Positions 47,840-60,780 of a stretch of DNA of 64,000 nucleotides are shown in pieces (position 1 is the stretch's first letter; each line of letters begins with the position of its first letter). This DNA comes from Squalus acanthias (Eukaryota): positions 159,342,001 through 159,406,000 of the forward strand of contig CM059431.1 in the NCBI GenBank assembly GCA_030390025.1. Direction: 5' to 3'. Under the pieces are notes generated by a model, which worked only from the letters and a program-made list of their open reading frames with translations, was not told the origin of the DNA and made no database searches. A program made the position numbers and the translations under genes.

Positions 47840-48602
47840 GGGAGACTTTGAGGGTGTCCTTGAACAGTTTCCTCTGCCCACCTTGGTCTGTCTTGCCGTG
47901 TCGGAGCTCTGAGTAGAGCGCTTGTTTTGGGAGTCTACTATCGGGCATGCGGACGATATGACACTCCATCGGAGCTGATCGAGTGTGGTCAAAGCTTCGA
48001 TGCTGGGGTGTTGGCCTGAGCGAGAACAATGATGTTGGTGCGCCTATCCTGCCAATTGAATTGCAGGATCTTGCGGAGGCAGCGTTGATGCTACCTCTCC
48101 AGTTCTTTGAGGTGCCTGTTGTACATGGATCATGTCTCTGAGGCATACAGAAGGGCAGGTATCAATGCTGCTCTGCAGACCATGAGCTTGGTGCCGGGAT
48201 TCAGTTCCTAGTCTTCAAACACTCTCTTCCTCTAGCGACCAAGGCTTCACTGGCACAGTGAAGGCGGTGTTGGACTTCGTCATCGACGTCTGCCATTGTT
48301 GACAGGACGTTCCCTGTAATCCCTGGCCCAAAATCGTACAAAGTGGAGGAGAAGCATCCAGGAAGTCGTCGAACACCTCGAAACTCTTCGCCAGGATCAA
48401 GCGGAAGTCCAGCGCCCAACAGCGTAAGGAGTGCTCGTGAACCCACGGACCCCACTCACCCGCCCCTTCAACCACCGTCTGCCCCACCTGTGACAGAGAC
48501 TGTAGGTCCCGCATTGGACTCATCAGTCACCTGCGAACTAATTTATACTGTGGAAGCAAGTCATCCTCGGTTCCAAGGGACTGCCTAACAAGAAGAAGAA
48601 GA
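47840..48602. mobile_element. RTE-clade LINE 3' region with an internal inversion
   Basis: Minus strand reads HIVRMPDSRLPKQALYSELRHGK..GGQRKLFKDTLK. Plus strand reads CPTCDRDCRSRIGLISHLR and ends in an (AAG)n tail at 48602. Confidence 0.75.
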
Positions 48603-48665
48603 TATTGGTAAAAGATCAGATGTAATTGTACACTGAATGGAATTAGATTCGGTACTGTGGTAAAG

Positions 48666-49928
48666 TGTAGGGTGTGGTACTGGGGTCAGCCTTCACCTCT
48701 GACTCAGTAAGCGGTTCGAATCGCTCCCACGCCCCTGGTTCCTAGACTTTGGACTTATTTAGGGGTTGTGAACAAAAATGCAGTAGACAACAGGTTCTGA
48801 TGAAAGAATTTTGACTTTATTAAAAGAAAAAGGTAACAAACTTAAAACACACGTAATACTTAAACACAGGTTGGGGATCACAAGGTACAGGCGAGGGAGA
48901 ATAGACAATATACCAAACAAAAAAACCTTATCCCTCTCAAAAATCCCACTATCTAGCTAGGTTTTGGTTTCAGGAGATCAGGGTTAATGATCACCAATCG
49001 AATCCTTGACAGGGTTTTTAGGGTCTTTTGAGTAAAAGGTTTCATAAGGCCCTTGTTGCTGCGAGGTGTCCGATGGTCACTGAGGCAGTCGCCCTGGTTT
49101 CACTGTGTGACGGTCTGTTTGTGAAGTTGTTGCCCTTCCTTCCTCCTCCTCCTCGTGCCTCGTGGTTACTTTGCTGGAGCAGAGCTGAGAGAGAGAGAGA
49201 GCTGTGCCAGCGTTGTCACCGAGTCCAGAGAGAGAGAGTCCTGGGACATTAGGCCCCAATTATACTGTCCTTTTCGCGCCCAAAACCCCTTACTAAAACG
49301 GTTTCCTTTAGATTTCAAATGAGCCCTGTTTAGTCCATTCTCTTAGTTTTGGCGGGCTCTTCAGTTCCGATGGCTTTAACTCGGTGTTAAACATGCCCTG
49401 ATAGCTTCCGATTTAGGCAAGGCCTTTATCTACGCGCCAAATCTTGTCCCTATTGTCCTAGGTTTTTTGGCGGGCTTTAAATCTGTCCTCGGATACCTGG
49501 TTGATTGGTTTTTGATGAAGTAAATCGGGTTACTAAATGTTTTATTGATTGCAGGCCCCTGGCATCCTGTGTGGGCCTGGGAATTTCAAAAGAGGACCTG
49601 GATTATTATATTTCGATGTCTGTGTGAGGCTTTTGGGTTTCGACTCTTCCACCTTGGTAGAATGGCAGTGTAAACACATTCCCAGACAGCTTCATTGGGC
49701 CCCAATACACAAAGCTATCCACTGCCTGGCCACACCCCATCCGCAGCCTGTTGGTGTCTGTGAAAGGTGTCTTTCCAAACAGTAAGATTCAAAAAGTCAT
49801 TTTCCTCAGTGTTTTCTTCCCTGATCATTAAAAATGTCCAAACCTGAGGGTTTTAACTCAAATCACTACACTTAGGTTTCTGTTCGAGTTTCTGGCGGAT
49901 TTTGCGAAGCTTACATTCCCCCCTTTGA
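48666..49928 (-). mobile_element. Isolated 3' LTR with PPT from a second, related LTR element
   Basis: Minus strand reads TCAAAGGGGGGAA|TGTAAGCTTCGCAA ... AATAAA (~48817-48822) ... CCACACCCTACA. Confidence 0.65.
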
Positions 49929-49946
49929 TACTAAACCTGAATTAAT

Positions 49947-50250
49947 GGCCAAAAATTCGGCCCTTCCGGTTGAGTACACAGTGAGTACTCACCTGTAATG
50001 CGTGCCGAAGTGCCGGTTTCCTGCATGCACTGCGCATGCGCGGGAAACCGGAACTTCCGGTCTGGTGAAGGGGGCGGTTCCTAGGTGAACCGCGTGCGCG
50101 GTAGAGGCTGCACGCACGCAGCGAACTTAGATTTTTTTTTCAGGTTTCTACGGGAGGGTAAGTAGTGAAGAACCTACGCATATAAAAAGGTGTGCAGGAG
50201 CCGTTTTCAACAAGGTAAGTGGTTAATTAAGTATAATTAAAAAAATTGTT
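49947..50250. mobile_element. Left part of the same MITE family
   Basis: ggccaaaaattcggcc start. The body aligns with 63089-63400. Confidence 0.7.
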
Positions 50251-50254
50251 CAAC

Positions 50255-51770
50255 AGATGGTTTCGAGCTTCTTAAGTGTTGTTGGAGCTGCACTCATCCA
50301 GGCAAGTGGAGAGTATTCCATCATACTCCTTACTTGTGCCTTGTAGATGGTAGAAACGCTTCGGGAAATCAGGAGGTGAGACAGTTGCCGCATAATAGCC
50401 AGCCCTGACCTGCTCTTGTTGCCTCAGTATTTATGTGGCTGGTCCAGTTAAGTTTCTTGTCAAAGGTGACCCCCATGATGTTGAAGGTTGAGGACTGTAA
50501 TGCCGTTGAATGCCAAGGGGTGGTGGTTAAACTCTCGCTTGTTGGAGATAGTCATTGCATGGCACTTCTGTGGCGTGAATGTTACCTGCCACTTATCAGC
50601 CCAAGCCTGAACGTCGTCCAGGTCCTGCTGCATGCGGGCATGGACGGCTTCAATATCTGAGTAATTTTGAATGGCACTGAAGACTGTGTAGTCACCAGCA
50701 AATATCCCCATTTCTGACTTTATGTTGGAGGGAAGTTCATTGATGAAGCAGATTCGGCACAGGAGACTGCGTTAATATAGAACATCTGCCTTGATGTCCT
50801 GGGGCTGTGATGATTGAGCTTCAATCACCACAACCATCTTCCTTTTTGTTAGGTATGACTCCAGCCAGTGGAGAGTCCCGGCCCCCTCCCTATTGACTTC
50901 AGTTTTATTACTCGGTCAATTGCTGCCCAGGGCAGTCACTCTCAACTCACCTCTATAATTCAGCACCTTTGTCCATGTTTGGACCAAGGCTGTAACGAGG
51001 TCGGGAGCTGAGTGGGTCTAGGCAGAACCGAAACTGGGCATCAGTGAGCAGGTTATTGGCGGGTAAGTGCTGCTTGATAGTACTGCCGATGACACCTTCC
51101 ATCATTTTGCTGATGATTGAGAGTAGACTGATGGGGCGGTAATTGTCCTATTTTTTTTGGACAGTACATACCTGGACTAATTGCCACATCATCGGATAGA
51201 TGCCAGTTATTGTAGCTGTATTGGAACAGCTTGGCTAGAGCACATGCTTTCAGCTTGATAGCCGGGATGTTGTCGGGGCCCATGACCTTTGCTGTATCCA
51301 GAGCGCTCAGCGTGTAGTGAATCGATGGTGGGGATCTCAGGAGTCGATCGATATGGATCATCCAATCAGCACTTCTGGCTGAAGATGGTTGCAAATGCTT
51401 CAGCCTTCGCTTTCCCTCTTACGTGATGGGCTCCACCATCTAGGTTGGGGCTATTCAGTCCTCTTCCTGTAAATTGATTGATGACTTGATGTGGCAGGGC
51501 TGCAGAGTTTCGATCTAGTCCGTTGAATGCGGGGTCTCTTAGCCCTGTCTAGAGCATGCTGCTTCCGCTTTTAAGCATGCATTCATGTAGTCCTCTGTTG
51601 CAGCGTCCCCAGGTTACAATTCGGCTGCTGCCTCACGGGTGCCTAGTTTTTAACTGCTAGATCCATTCTGAATTTAGCACGGTGGGTGTTCTCAGTGTGA
51701 AGACGGGATCTTCGTCACTGCTACGGACAGATGCATCTGCGACAGGTAGGATGGCGAGGACGAGGTCAAT
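50255..51770 (-). mobile_element. Decayed LINE RT fragment (CR1/L2-group, different family)
   Basis: QQDLDDVQAWADKWQVTF and GPDNIPA..LK.CA motifs on the minus strand. Confidence 0.75.
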
Positions 51771-51945
51771 CCGATAGTTTCATGGTTACCATTACTGTAA
51801 CTAGCTTTTTAATCCAGATGTATTTAATTAACTGAAATTAAATTCCCCAGTTGCTCTAGTGTGATTTGAACTCACGTCTCTAGATCTTTAGTCCATGCCC
51901 TCCGGATTACTCACCCAGTGACATTACCACTATGATACCTTTCCC
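51770..51945 (-). mobile_element. SINE-like fragment (second copy at ~42040-42290)
   Basis: Both copies share tagtttcatggtcaccattactga..ctagctttttaattccagat..ttaattaactga.tttaaattcc. Confidence 0.55.
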
Positions 51946-51948
51946 GTC

Positions 51949-52146
51949 TCATGTGCTGGTCAGTAAAACTTTTCTGACCGTAAAAGCACTGAGCAGCAGA
52001 ATCAGAACAAACGGAACCCCCAGGATTAGAAAGCAATGAATGAACTCGATTGCTTGCCAGACCCGTGACTTCCCAACATCGTTTATTACATGACGAAACC
52101 AGGGATCGTTCATAACCCTTATTGAACTGTGAACATAAAATGACAA
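51949..52146 (-). pseudogene. Fragment of a class-A GPCR (ECL2-TM5), GPR139/GPR142-like
   Basis: PWF...VWQAIEFIHCFLILGVPFVLILLLSAFTVRKVLLTS resembles TM5 (PF.LILLLN..TVR.IL) of this family. No full ORF is present. Confidence 0.5.
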
Positions 52147-52484
52147 TTATTTACCAATATTGACGTTTGCTATTTTTCTGGTAATTTAGAAATCTTCATT
52201 ACCAGAAGCTGAAAATCCAAAAGCAAACGGCCCACAATCCTCAAGCTTGCTTTGTAATGCATTGTCCTTATACTTCAGAAATGTATGATGTGTACGGATA
52301 TTCTCTTTTTTGCTCAGAGTGTCTGGGCACTAAACTTTAAAATAATTAATGGCTGACTCATTGGTCAGAATCTTTCTAGTTTTTTTGTTTCATGATGATT
52401 AGTTTTTCCTTCATATCACTGATCTGTCAAATATTTATCTCTTGAATTACAAGGACTAAAATAATGACGTTGTTCATATTCAAG

Positions 52485-55400
52485 AGATAGAACTGCAGCA
52501 CAAAGACACTCTCCACAAAGAAAATGTGTAGATGACATTCAAAACCACTGTAGGAAAAAAAAGATTTCGAAGATTTTTTTGGGATGAAAAATACACTAAA
52601 GTAACACTTGTTGCTTCCCTGCGTGAGCGGAGATTCGTAGAAAATGAACTGAAGGCCCGAGGTAGAGAGCGTGAAGAATTACAGAGCAAACCCGTCCAGA
52701 ATGAACAAGAAGACATTCACCTGAATCAATTGCTGAGTTTCACGAAAACAGGCAGTTCTGGGACAACCGTGGTAATTGGGGCCTCGGGAATTGGGAAAAG
52801 CACCATGATACAGAAAATAATCCATGATTGGGCTGCAGGGAAAATATACAAACAGATTAAATTTGTCTTTCCTTTTAAGGTTCGAAAAATGAATTTAATA
52901 AAAGTAAAAACATGTCTAACTAGCCTGATCCTGGATTCCTACTCCGACTTCCAAACTGAGTTGGAACTTCTGTGGAAAGGACCCGGAAAGATCGTCTTTA
53001 TTTTTGAATATTTAGACAAATTTAACTATCGATTTCACCGAAATTCAGTGAAACAACGACCCCCAATATCAATGCTTCGATCCCGACTGCTGCAGTGAAG
53101 TGTCAGACATCGTGCGCTGCTTCATACAGGGACATCTTACTGAAAGGCTGTTCAGTACTGATCACAAGCCGGCCATGGAAACTGAAGTGACTGGGAAAGG
53201 CAAACTTATTTCTAACGGTGGAAATTCTGGGTTTCACCTCTGAGAAAATAAAACAATACGTCGGCCGTTATTTTGTAGATGAACAGTTTGCGAAAGATGT
53301 AATCGAGTACATTGAGCAGAATGAGACAATGTACACCATGGGCTATAATCCTCTGTACTGCTCGCTCCTCGCTTCATTATTATAGTCACACCGGGTACAA
53401 GGAGTGGGGGAGAGACCATTGTCCGTCACAACCAGCACACAGGTACGTCACAAGCCTTTTCGAGAGATGCGGCTGTGGCGCAGAAACCGCTCAAGACATG
53501 TTGCTGAAACTGGGCGAGTTAGCCTACAAGGGAGTTGCAACAAAACCGTTGTGTTTTATGAAAAGCAAATCAATCGCCACAGACTCGAACATTCCAATGT
53601 TATCTCTGCGTTTATGATGGAGATTCGAGATGAACATCTGTGCAGTGTTGTCTAGACACTCACTCATTCCGTCGTGCATGACTTTGTCGCTGCACTTATG
53701 AAAAGTCTAAGCACACCAGGAAATGGAGTGACACGATTGCTCAATGAAGGCTACACGTGTATTGACGAGAGATTCAATATATTTTCTCGTTTGCTTGTCG
53801 GTGTCTCCTAACGGAATTCAACTGATCAGCTTGATCGAAAATTGTGGGAAATTCCTTCTCAAGCATTCCCGTGTGTGTCGCATTGGCTCACGGAAAATGT
53901 CAACAGACGTGTTCAGAACCTGGAAGATGGGCAAAGTCAAAGGACATTCTGACTGATATCGCATTATTTTCTTCAATTTGGAGACATAAAACGGATGAAG
54001 GCCGCATTAACACCGATAAAGACAATGGAATTCACATTGTGTCCTCTTATACCTTCTGACCGTGCGGTTCTGACAAACGCACTAATGGCCCTTGAAGTGA
54101 TTGAAGAGTTGAATCTCAGTACCTGTGGGATACAAGATGAAGGCATCCATCAGTTGGATCTCGTGCTACACAAATGTAAAATACGCAGGTAATTCACCGA
54201 AACCGTTAGAAAGCATTATCAACAAATACTGTTTTACTGGGATGTGGGATAATATTAGTTAAAAGCAACAACATTAACTCAATTCGATCAATTAATGAAC
54301 ACATTCCCTAATTCCACTATCTGCTGTGGTAAATTGAACCGTAAGACACGGCACCGGAGTGTCTGTTCGGGTAATGCCTGAAATTGCTGCGCTGCTCATT
54401 TAATTATATCAGATTGGATGTTGGCAACATTACATTGGAATCCAGCGCACTCTTTGCACCACCGGAGAATGCGGATTAATCAGTAAGATATATTCCCCTA
54501 CCCTTTAATCATTATATATTAGTTCGCTGTTGGTAGAAGGACAATATTTCACAGAATCACAGAATCGTACAGCCCATCGTGATTGTGCCGGTTTTTGAAA
54601 GAGCTATCCAATTAGTCCCACCACCCTGCTCTTTCCCCGTAGCCCTGCATATTTATCCCTTACAAGTATTTATAGAATTCCCTTTGGAAAGCTACTACTG
54701 TATCTGATTCCACCAGCCTTTCAGGCAGGGCATTCCAGCTCCTAACAACTAGCTCCATAAATGTTTTCCCTCATGTCACCTCCGGCTTTTTAGCCAATTA
54801 CGTTAAATCGGTGTCCTCTGCTTACTGAACCTTGTGCCAATTCCACATTGTCAGTGACAAAATATCTGTTTTATTTTAAACTGTAACCAAATAACTTTGT
54901 TATGTTTTGCAGTTTGAATAATTTATAAGCGAGTTTTAACTGTACTTTTCAAAAATTCCCAATTCCTCGATCAGATCAGATTTGCCGAATCAATAATGTT
55001 GTTTTTGAGGTCAGTGTTGCCAAATGAGACAGTTAGCTGTGGATTCGCGTCTGCGATTGCTCAAATTCTGATTACTCTCTCCAGCCGCACTGCTGTGCCA
55101 CGGCATCATCAGAGGAAGGAAAGTGAGAGGGAATATCACTCCACCCGCTCTGATGCACATTCGAGCGATCTGTTACAATCCCCATCAGTGGATTCTCCAA
55201 TAGACTTGGGGATGATTTAAGGGCATTTGTGAACCTCAATGCATCAAATAGATAACTTTCCTAAAATAGAGACAAGATCAAAGGGACGGTCTCTAATTTT
55301 ACCATAAATTCTCATATTAATGAAGAGAATCGTCCTGTGAGAGACATATTTCGTGGATTCCTCTTCATTGCAGCCCAAGAGTTTACAGCATTTAATCTGC

Positions 55401-56563
55401 CAACCACTCAGTGCCTACTTTAAATGTAATAATTCTGTAATGTATATTTAAATCATGACCACGGGCATTAGAGTAACTTCCCGGTAAAACAAGTACACTT
55501 TGTGATTGTCACTGATTTGACCGCATGCGCTATATCTAAATTGAATTTGAATTACGGGTCTTATATTCGCGTCTTGGATATCCAAAGTGTCCACGTTAAA
55601 TACATTATTTAATTACGAATATTTCCGAGCTGTTGCATTGCTACCTATTAATTATTGATTTTGTTTATTTGAGTTTAGACTCAATGAGAATTAACTGGGA
55701 GATTCGGGAGTAAAACGGCTCTCTGCCGTTCTGAAGAAAAATGACTGTAAAATACAGCGACTGGAGAGAGTAATCATGTTTAATATATAGAACAGCACAA
55801 CTGGAAAGTTATTTATCTATAATAATTCTAATGAGTGTGTTAATGATGATCAGGCAGCTCACTTTTCAATTAACATTAAGATGAAAATAATTTAGAAACA
55901 GGAAAAAAAGGCACATATCAAAAGCTTTCTCCCGTGTTTCTGAAATTTCACAGTAATTATTAGCAAGTGGTGATCTTTTTAATGTGTGAGCGTCTTATAT
56001 AATTTCTGTTTATTTTTCGGTCACTGCAGGTTAAAATCTAACGATCTCACAGATCATTGTGTGGAAAATCTGCTCTCTGCCCTCCGTGAAAATGGTTCAC
56101 TCATCGAGCTTGATCTGAGTAACGATAATCAGGATGGCGAACGGGCCATAGACTGACTGATAATTCTGTTCCGGCATTGCGCCGTCTCATCCAGAGTAGA
56201 GCTAATCTCAAGGAAATCAGGTGAGTTTCCGAGTTACCTATTTATTACTTAAATGTTCTTTCACGTGTAAAATGCATTTCCGTTATTTTATTTTGAATAG
56301 ACCAGATATGGGGAAAATGAAATCATTATCTTGTGGAAAATTAATCTCCTTCGCATGTGTAAACACATTTATTTTGAATGAATTTAATAATATTGCTACT
56401 CACAGTGAACGGAAGAGTACACTCCGTACCGATAATTTTTTTTCGTTATTTTAATATTTTCAGTTTGACTCACAATGAATTCTCTGCAGAAGGACTGACA
56501 AATCTGAAGTCGGTCAGTGTATCGGATCATTTGACTGTAATTACAGAATTAATTATTACTTAA
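52485..56563 (+). pseudogene. Spliced NACHT-LRR (NLR; NLRP3/NLRC3-like) pseudogene
   Basis: Large exon ~52485-54188 with a FISNA-like start, Walker A GASGIGKS, DWA.GKIY, F.F..R.MN, altered Walker B IFEYLD, and a CAG|GTAATT donor. LRR exons at 55679-55765 (LGDSGVKRLS..LK..DCKIQRL), 56030-56220 and 56464-56563. Multiple stops and frameshifts. Confidence 0.88.
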
Positions 56564-56679
56564 CATGAAGATTGTTTGATTCAATTGTGTTAAGTATATT
56601 TTGCAGGTGATACTCTATTTAATCAGGCCAATTTTTGAACATTTTCGGGATGTGCTAAGAGAGAAAATAAACCACAAGC

Positions 56680-57070
56680 GAGCGCAGGAGATGCAACACC
56701 TGCCCTTTCCTTTCCTCCCTTACCACTGTCCAGGGACCTAAGTACTCCATCCAGGTTAGACAGCGATACACTAGTAATTCTTTCAATTTATTATACTGTA
56801 TTCGCTGTTCACGACGTGTTCTCCAGTACAGTGGGGAGACCAGTGCAGAATCAATCATCGCTTTGCTGAACACCTCTGTTCACTCCGCAAGCGTGACCCT
56901 GAGCTTCGTTTTGGCTTGCCATTATAATTCTCCATCCCACTGTGACCTCGTTGTGCTCGGCCAATGATGCTCATCGGAAGCTCGCGGAATGGTACATCAT
57001 CTTTTCATTAGGCACTTCACAACCTTCCGGATCGAACACTATGTTCAACGACATTAGATCATAAACACTG
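56680..57070 (+). mobile_element. Penelope-like element fragment (GIY-YIG endonuclease region)
   Basis: Reads RRRCNTCPF ... NLLYCIRCSRRVLQYSGETS ... RFAEHL, the pattern of Penelope GIY-YIG domains. Confidence 0.7.
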
Positions 57071-57574
57071 CTCCCATTGTTTTATGACAGCAAATCCCGG
57101 TAATGCTTCTACTGTTGCCGCTGGATGTTATCAGAGAATTCATAGCCGGAGCTCAGGTCTCAGCTCGCTGAGATTAGAGTTGGAACTGTGCACGGTGTGA
57201 CTCAGAGACAAGAATGTTTCCACGAATTTGATGTCCTCAAGTGAAGAGGAGTTATTCCAGAGATGGCCAGATATAATTCCGTCCCAATTTGAAAGGCATG
57301 CATATTGCCATTATTTTTACATGAATAATTTAATTTGCAATAATCTTTTGATACATATTGATAAATCTATTGAAAATTTAGTTTGTAGAGCGGTAGAGTT
57401 CACTGATGCCATGGAATTAGTCTGCAAGGAACTGAACAATGATATCGTGAAGAAAATCAGAGAATGCTGCAAATACTCAGCAGGTCAGGCAGCATATGTG
57501 GAGAGAGTGACAAAGTTAACGTTTCAGCTCGAAGATCTTTCATCAGAACTGGTAAAAGTTAGAGATGTAACATC

Positions 57575-58990
57575 CCAGACAAGCCAATAGCCCAGGATAC
57601 TCTAACCCTTGCATATCCAGTGCCTCAGGGTACTCTGACCATCCACATGCCCATTGGCCAGGGAATCTTATCCTCTACATAGCCCGGGGTACTCTAACCC
57701 TAAGCATTCCCAGTAGCCATGGATATGCTGAGTCGATGCCTAGCCCAAGGTACTCTGATCGACCCAAGACCCAATAGCCCAGGGAATGCTGACATTCTAT
57801 TGGCCCAATATCCAGGGTGCTCTGAGCCACTACAGTCCCAATTGCACAGGAATCTCTGACACTCTACGGGCCCAATAGCAGATGTTAATCGGAACCTCTG
57901 CAGGCCCAACAGCACAGAGCATTCTGACCCTTTACAGGCCCAATAGCAGAAGATACTCTGACCTTCTGTATTGCCCAGGGCAGGCTGTCCCTCTGCAGGA
58001 GCAATAGCCCAGGACGACTGAACCACTGATTAGCTCAGGCTGGTCTGACTCTCTATACAGCCCAGTAGCCAAAGGGTGTCCTCTATATACCCCAGAATGC
58101 TTTTGCACTCTTCATAGCCTAGTGTACCCTGAAATATTGCAGGACCAATACAGAGGAGGCAATTTCGCCCATCGTGCCTGTGCCAGCTCTTCTGTCGAAC
58201 TATCCAATTAGTAGTACACCCCTTTTCTTTCATCATAGCCCTGAAATTGCTTTCCTTCATGTATTGTTTCCAATTTTCTTTTGAATGTTACTGTTCAGTC
58301 TTCATCCTCCACCCTTTCAAGCAATGAATTCCAGTTCACTCTCTGTCCAGTAGCTGAGGGTACTCTGAACCTTAGCATTGCCCATTGCACGTTGGCGCTC
58401 TGATCCTCCTTTACACACTCAATATCCCAGAGTACTCTGAGTCTCTACTGCCCCAACAGTTCGTGATATTCTGAAGAACTACAGCCTCAATTTCCCAGGG
58501 AACTCCGACACAGTTCATGCGCAAAAGCCAAGGGAATTCTGACCCACTACATAGCCAAAGGTAGTCTGAGAATATACAGTCCTAATAGCAAAAGTAATCT
58601 GAACCTCTATATAACCCAGGGCACTCTCATCCTCCACAGATCCAATTGCCCCGGGGAAATCTGACACTCTGCAGATTCAATAGCTCAGGGTATGCTATCC
58701 CTCTTTATAGCCCAGGGAACTCTGAACCTTTACAGGCCCAATAGACCAGTGAACTCTTAGCCTCTTCAGGCCAATATACCAGTGTATTTTTTTCCCTTTT
58801 TATACCCAAGGTACTATTAACCTCTACATATCATCACAAGGTAATCTGACACTCTACATAGCACATGGTACTCTCGCCCTCCGCAAAACACAGAGCAAGC
58901 TTTGCATCTGCCTCGCCCAATAGCCGAGAGTACTCTGAGTCTCGGCAGGTACAATTTCGCAGGGAATGGTGACACAATTCAGCCTCATTT
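57575..58990. repeat. Second block of the ~34-bp minisatellite, interrupted by a CR1 tail at ~58146-58340
   Basis: Same aatagcccagggtactctga motif and orientation as 28930-32100. Confidence 0.85.
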
Positions 58991-58999
58991 TCCCTTCTA

Positions 59000-60780
59000 C
59001 TAGACTGATTCCTGCGATAAGAGGGATGTCCTTTGAGTAGTCATGGTGTAGAATAGGCCTATATTTTTTGTAGCTTGGAAGAAGAGGGGTGATCTCACTG
59101 AAACGTATGAAATTCTTCGAGAGCTTAGCAGGTTAGATGCTGAGCGGATATTGCCCCTGGCTGGAGGATCTAAAACTAGGAATCATAGTTTCAGGATGAA
59201 GGGGGCGTCCATTTACGACTGAGATGAGAAGAAATGTATTCACTCAGACGGTTGTGAATATTTGCAATTCTCTAGCCCAGAGGGCTGTGGATGCTCAGTC
59301 GTTGAGCATTTTCAAGGCTGAGATCGATAGATTTGTGCTCTCTAAGGGAATCTAGGGGGAGATAGTGGGTAATATGGAATTGATGTAAAAGATCAGTCAT
59401 GATCTTATTGAATGGTGGAGCAGGCTTGAGGGTCCGCTCGGTCTACTCCTGCTTCTAATTATTATGTTCTTATGTTCTTAGCCGCTGAGAAAGTGACCGA
59501 GAGAAGCCACAGGCACAGGGGCATTCCAAAACCCAATTGAAATAGGCTCGAGATCACTCACTTCTAAATGAAACAGCAATGGATGGGAAACATTACAAGA
59601 TTTGACCCTTTTTGATGAACCAATAAGTGTTACAGTGGGTTTCACCAGGATCAAGCAAAACAACCATCACAAATGCCCCTTGTAGGCATATGGGATGGTG
59701 CCATCAAAATAAAAAAGATGCAAAATAAGCATCAGGTGCCACCAAAACAAAAGGATACCTTCCCAACTAAATGAGGATATGCTTATTGATGGCTAAAAAA
59801 ACAATAGGCTGGAAATTCGTCTCGGGCGGTGGAGAAAAACTGGCGGTATCGGATCGGCCGCCCGTTATACGCAGCCCTTGATTTAAATTCTATTGCAGTC
59901 AAGAAGAAAGCTGCAGACTGCAGGAAGATATCAATGAACTCGTTAGGTGGGCAGAACAGTGGCAAATTGAATTCACTCTGGAGAAGTGTGAGGTAATGCA
60001 TTTGGGGATGGCTAACAAGGCAAAGGAATACACATTAAATGGCAGGACACTGAGAAGTGCAGAAGATCAGTGGGACGTTGGAGTGCATGTCCTCAGATCG
60101 CTGAAGGTAGCAGGACAGGTAGATAAAGTGGTTAAGAAGTCATACGCGATACTTGCCTTTATTAGCCGAGGCATAGAATATAAGAGCAGGGAAATTATGC
60201 TTGAACTGTATAAAACACTAGTTAGGCCGCAGCTAGAATACTGCGTTCAGATCTGGTCACCACATTGAAGGAAGGATTTGATTGAACTAGAGAGGGTCCA
60301 GAGGAGATTTACGTCGATGTTGCCTGGTCTCGGGAATTTTAGCTATGAGGAAAGATTGGAGAGGCTGGGGTTGTTTTCTTTGGAACAGAGGAGGCTCAGG
60401 GGAGACGGAATTGAGGTGTATAAATTTATGAGGGGCCGAGATAGTATCGATAGGAAGGATCTATTTCCCTTAGCACAAGGGTCAATAACCAGGGGTCACA
60501 GATTTAAAGTAATTGGTCGCAGGTTTCGAGTGGATGGGAGGAGAAATGTTTCCACACAGAGGTTGGAGGGGGTTGGTCTCACTGCCTGAAAGCGTGGTAG
60601 AACCAGAGACCCTCATCACATTTAAAAAGCACTAGTAAATGCACTTGAAGTGCAAAAACCTACAAGGCTACGGACCAAGCCCTGTCACGTGGGATTAGGG
60701 TAGATATCTCTTTGTCGGTCACCACGGACAAGATGGGCCGAATGGCCGCCTTCTGTGCTTTAAATTTCTATGATTCTATG
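59000..60780 (+). mobile_element. Two CR1 3' fragments (~59000-59478 and ~59900-60780)
   Basis: RT C-terminal ORFs 59996-60589 and 3' tails. Confidence 0.82.

Noticed and set aside
57228..57590. 120-aa ORF as a host gene
   Set aside because: Non-ATG start, no recognisable domain, and the 3' part runs through repeat-derived sequence into the minisatellite.
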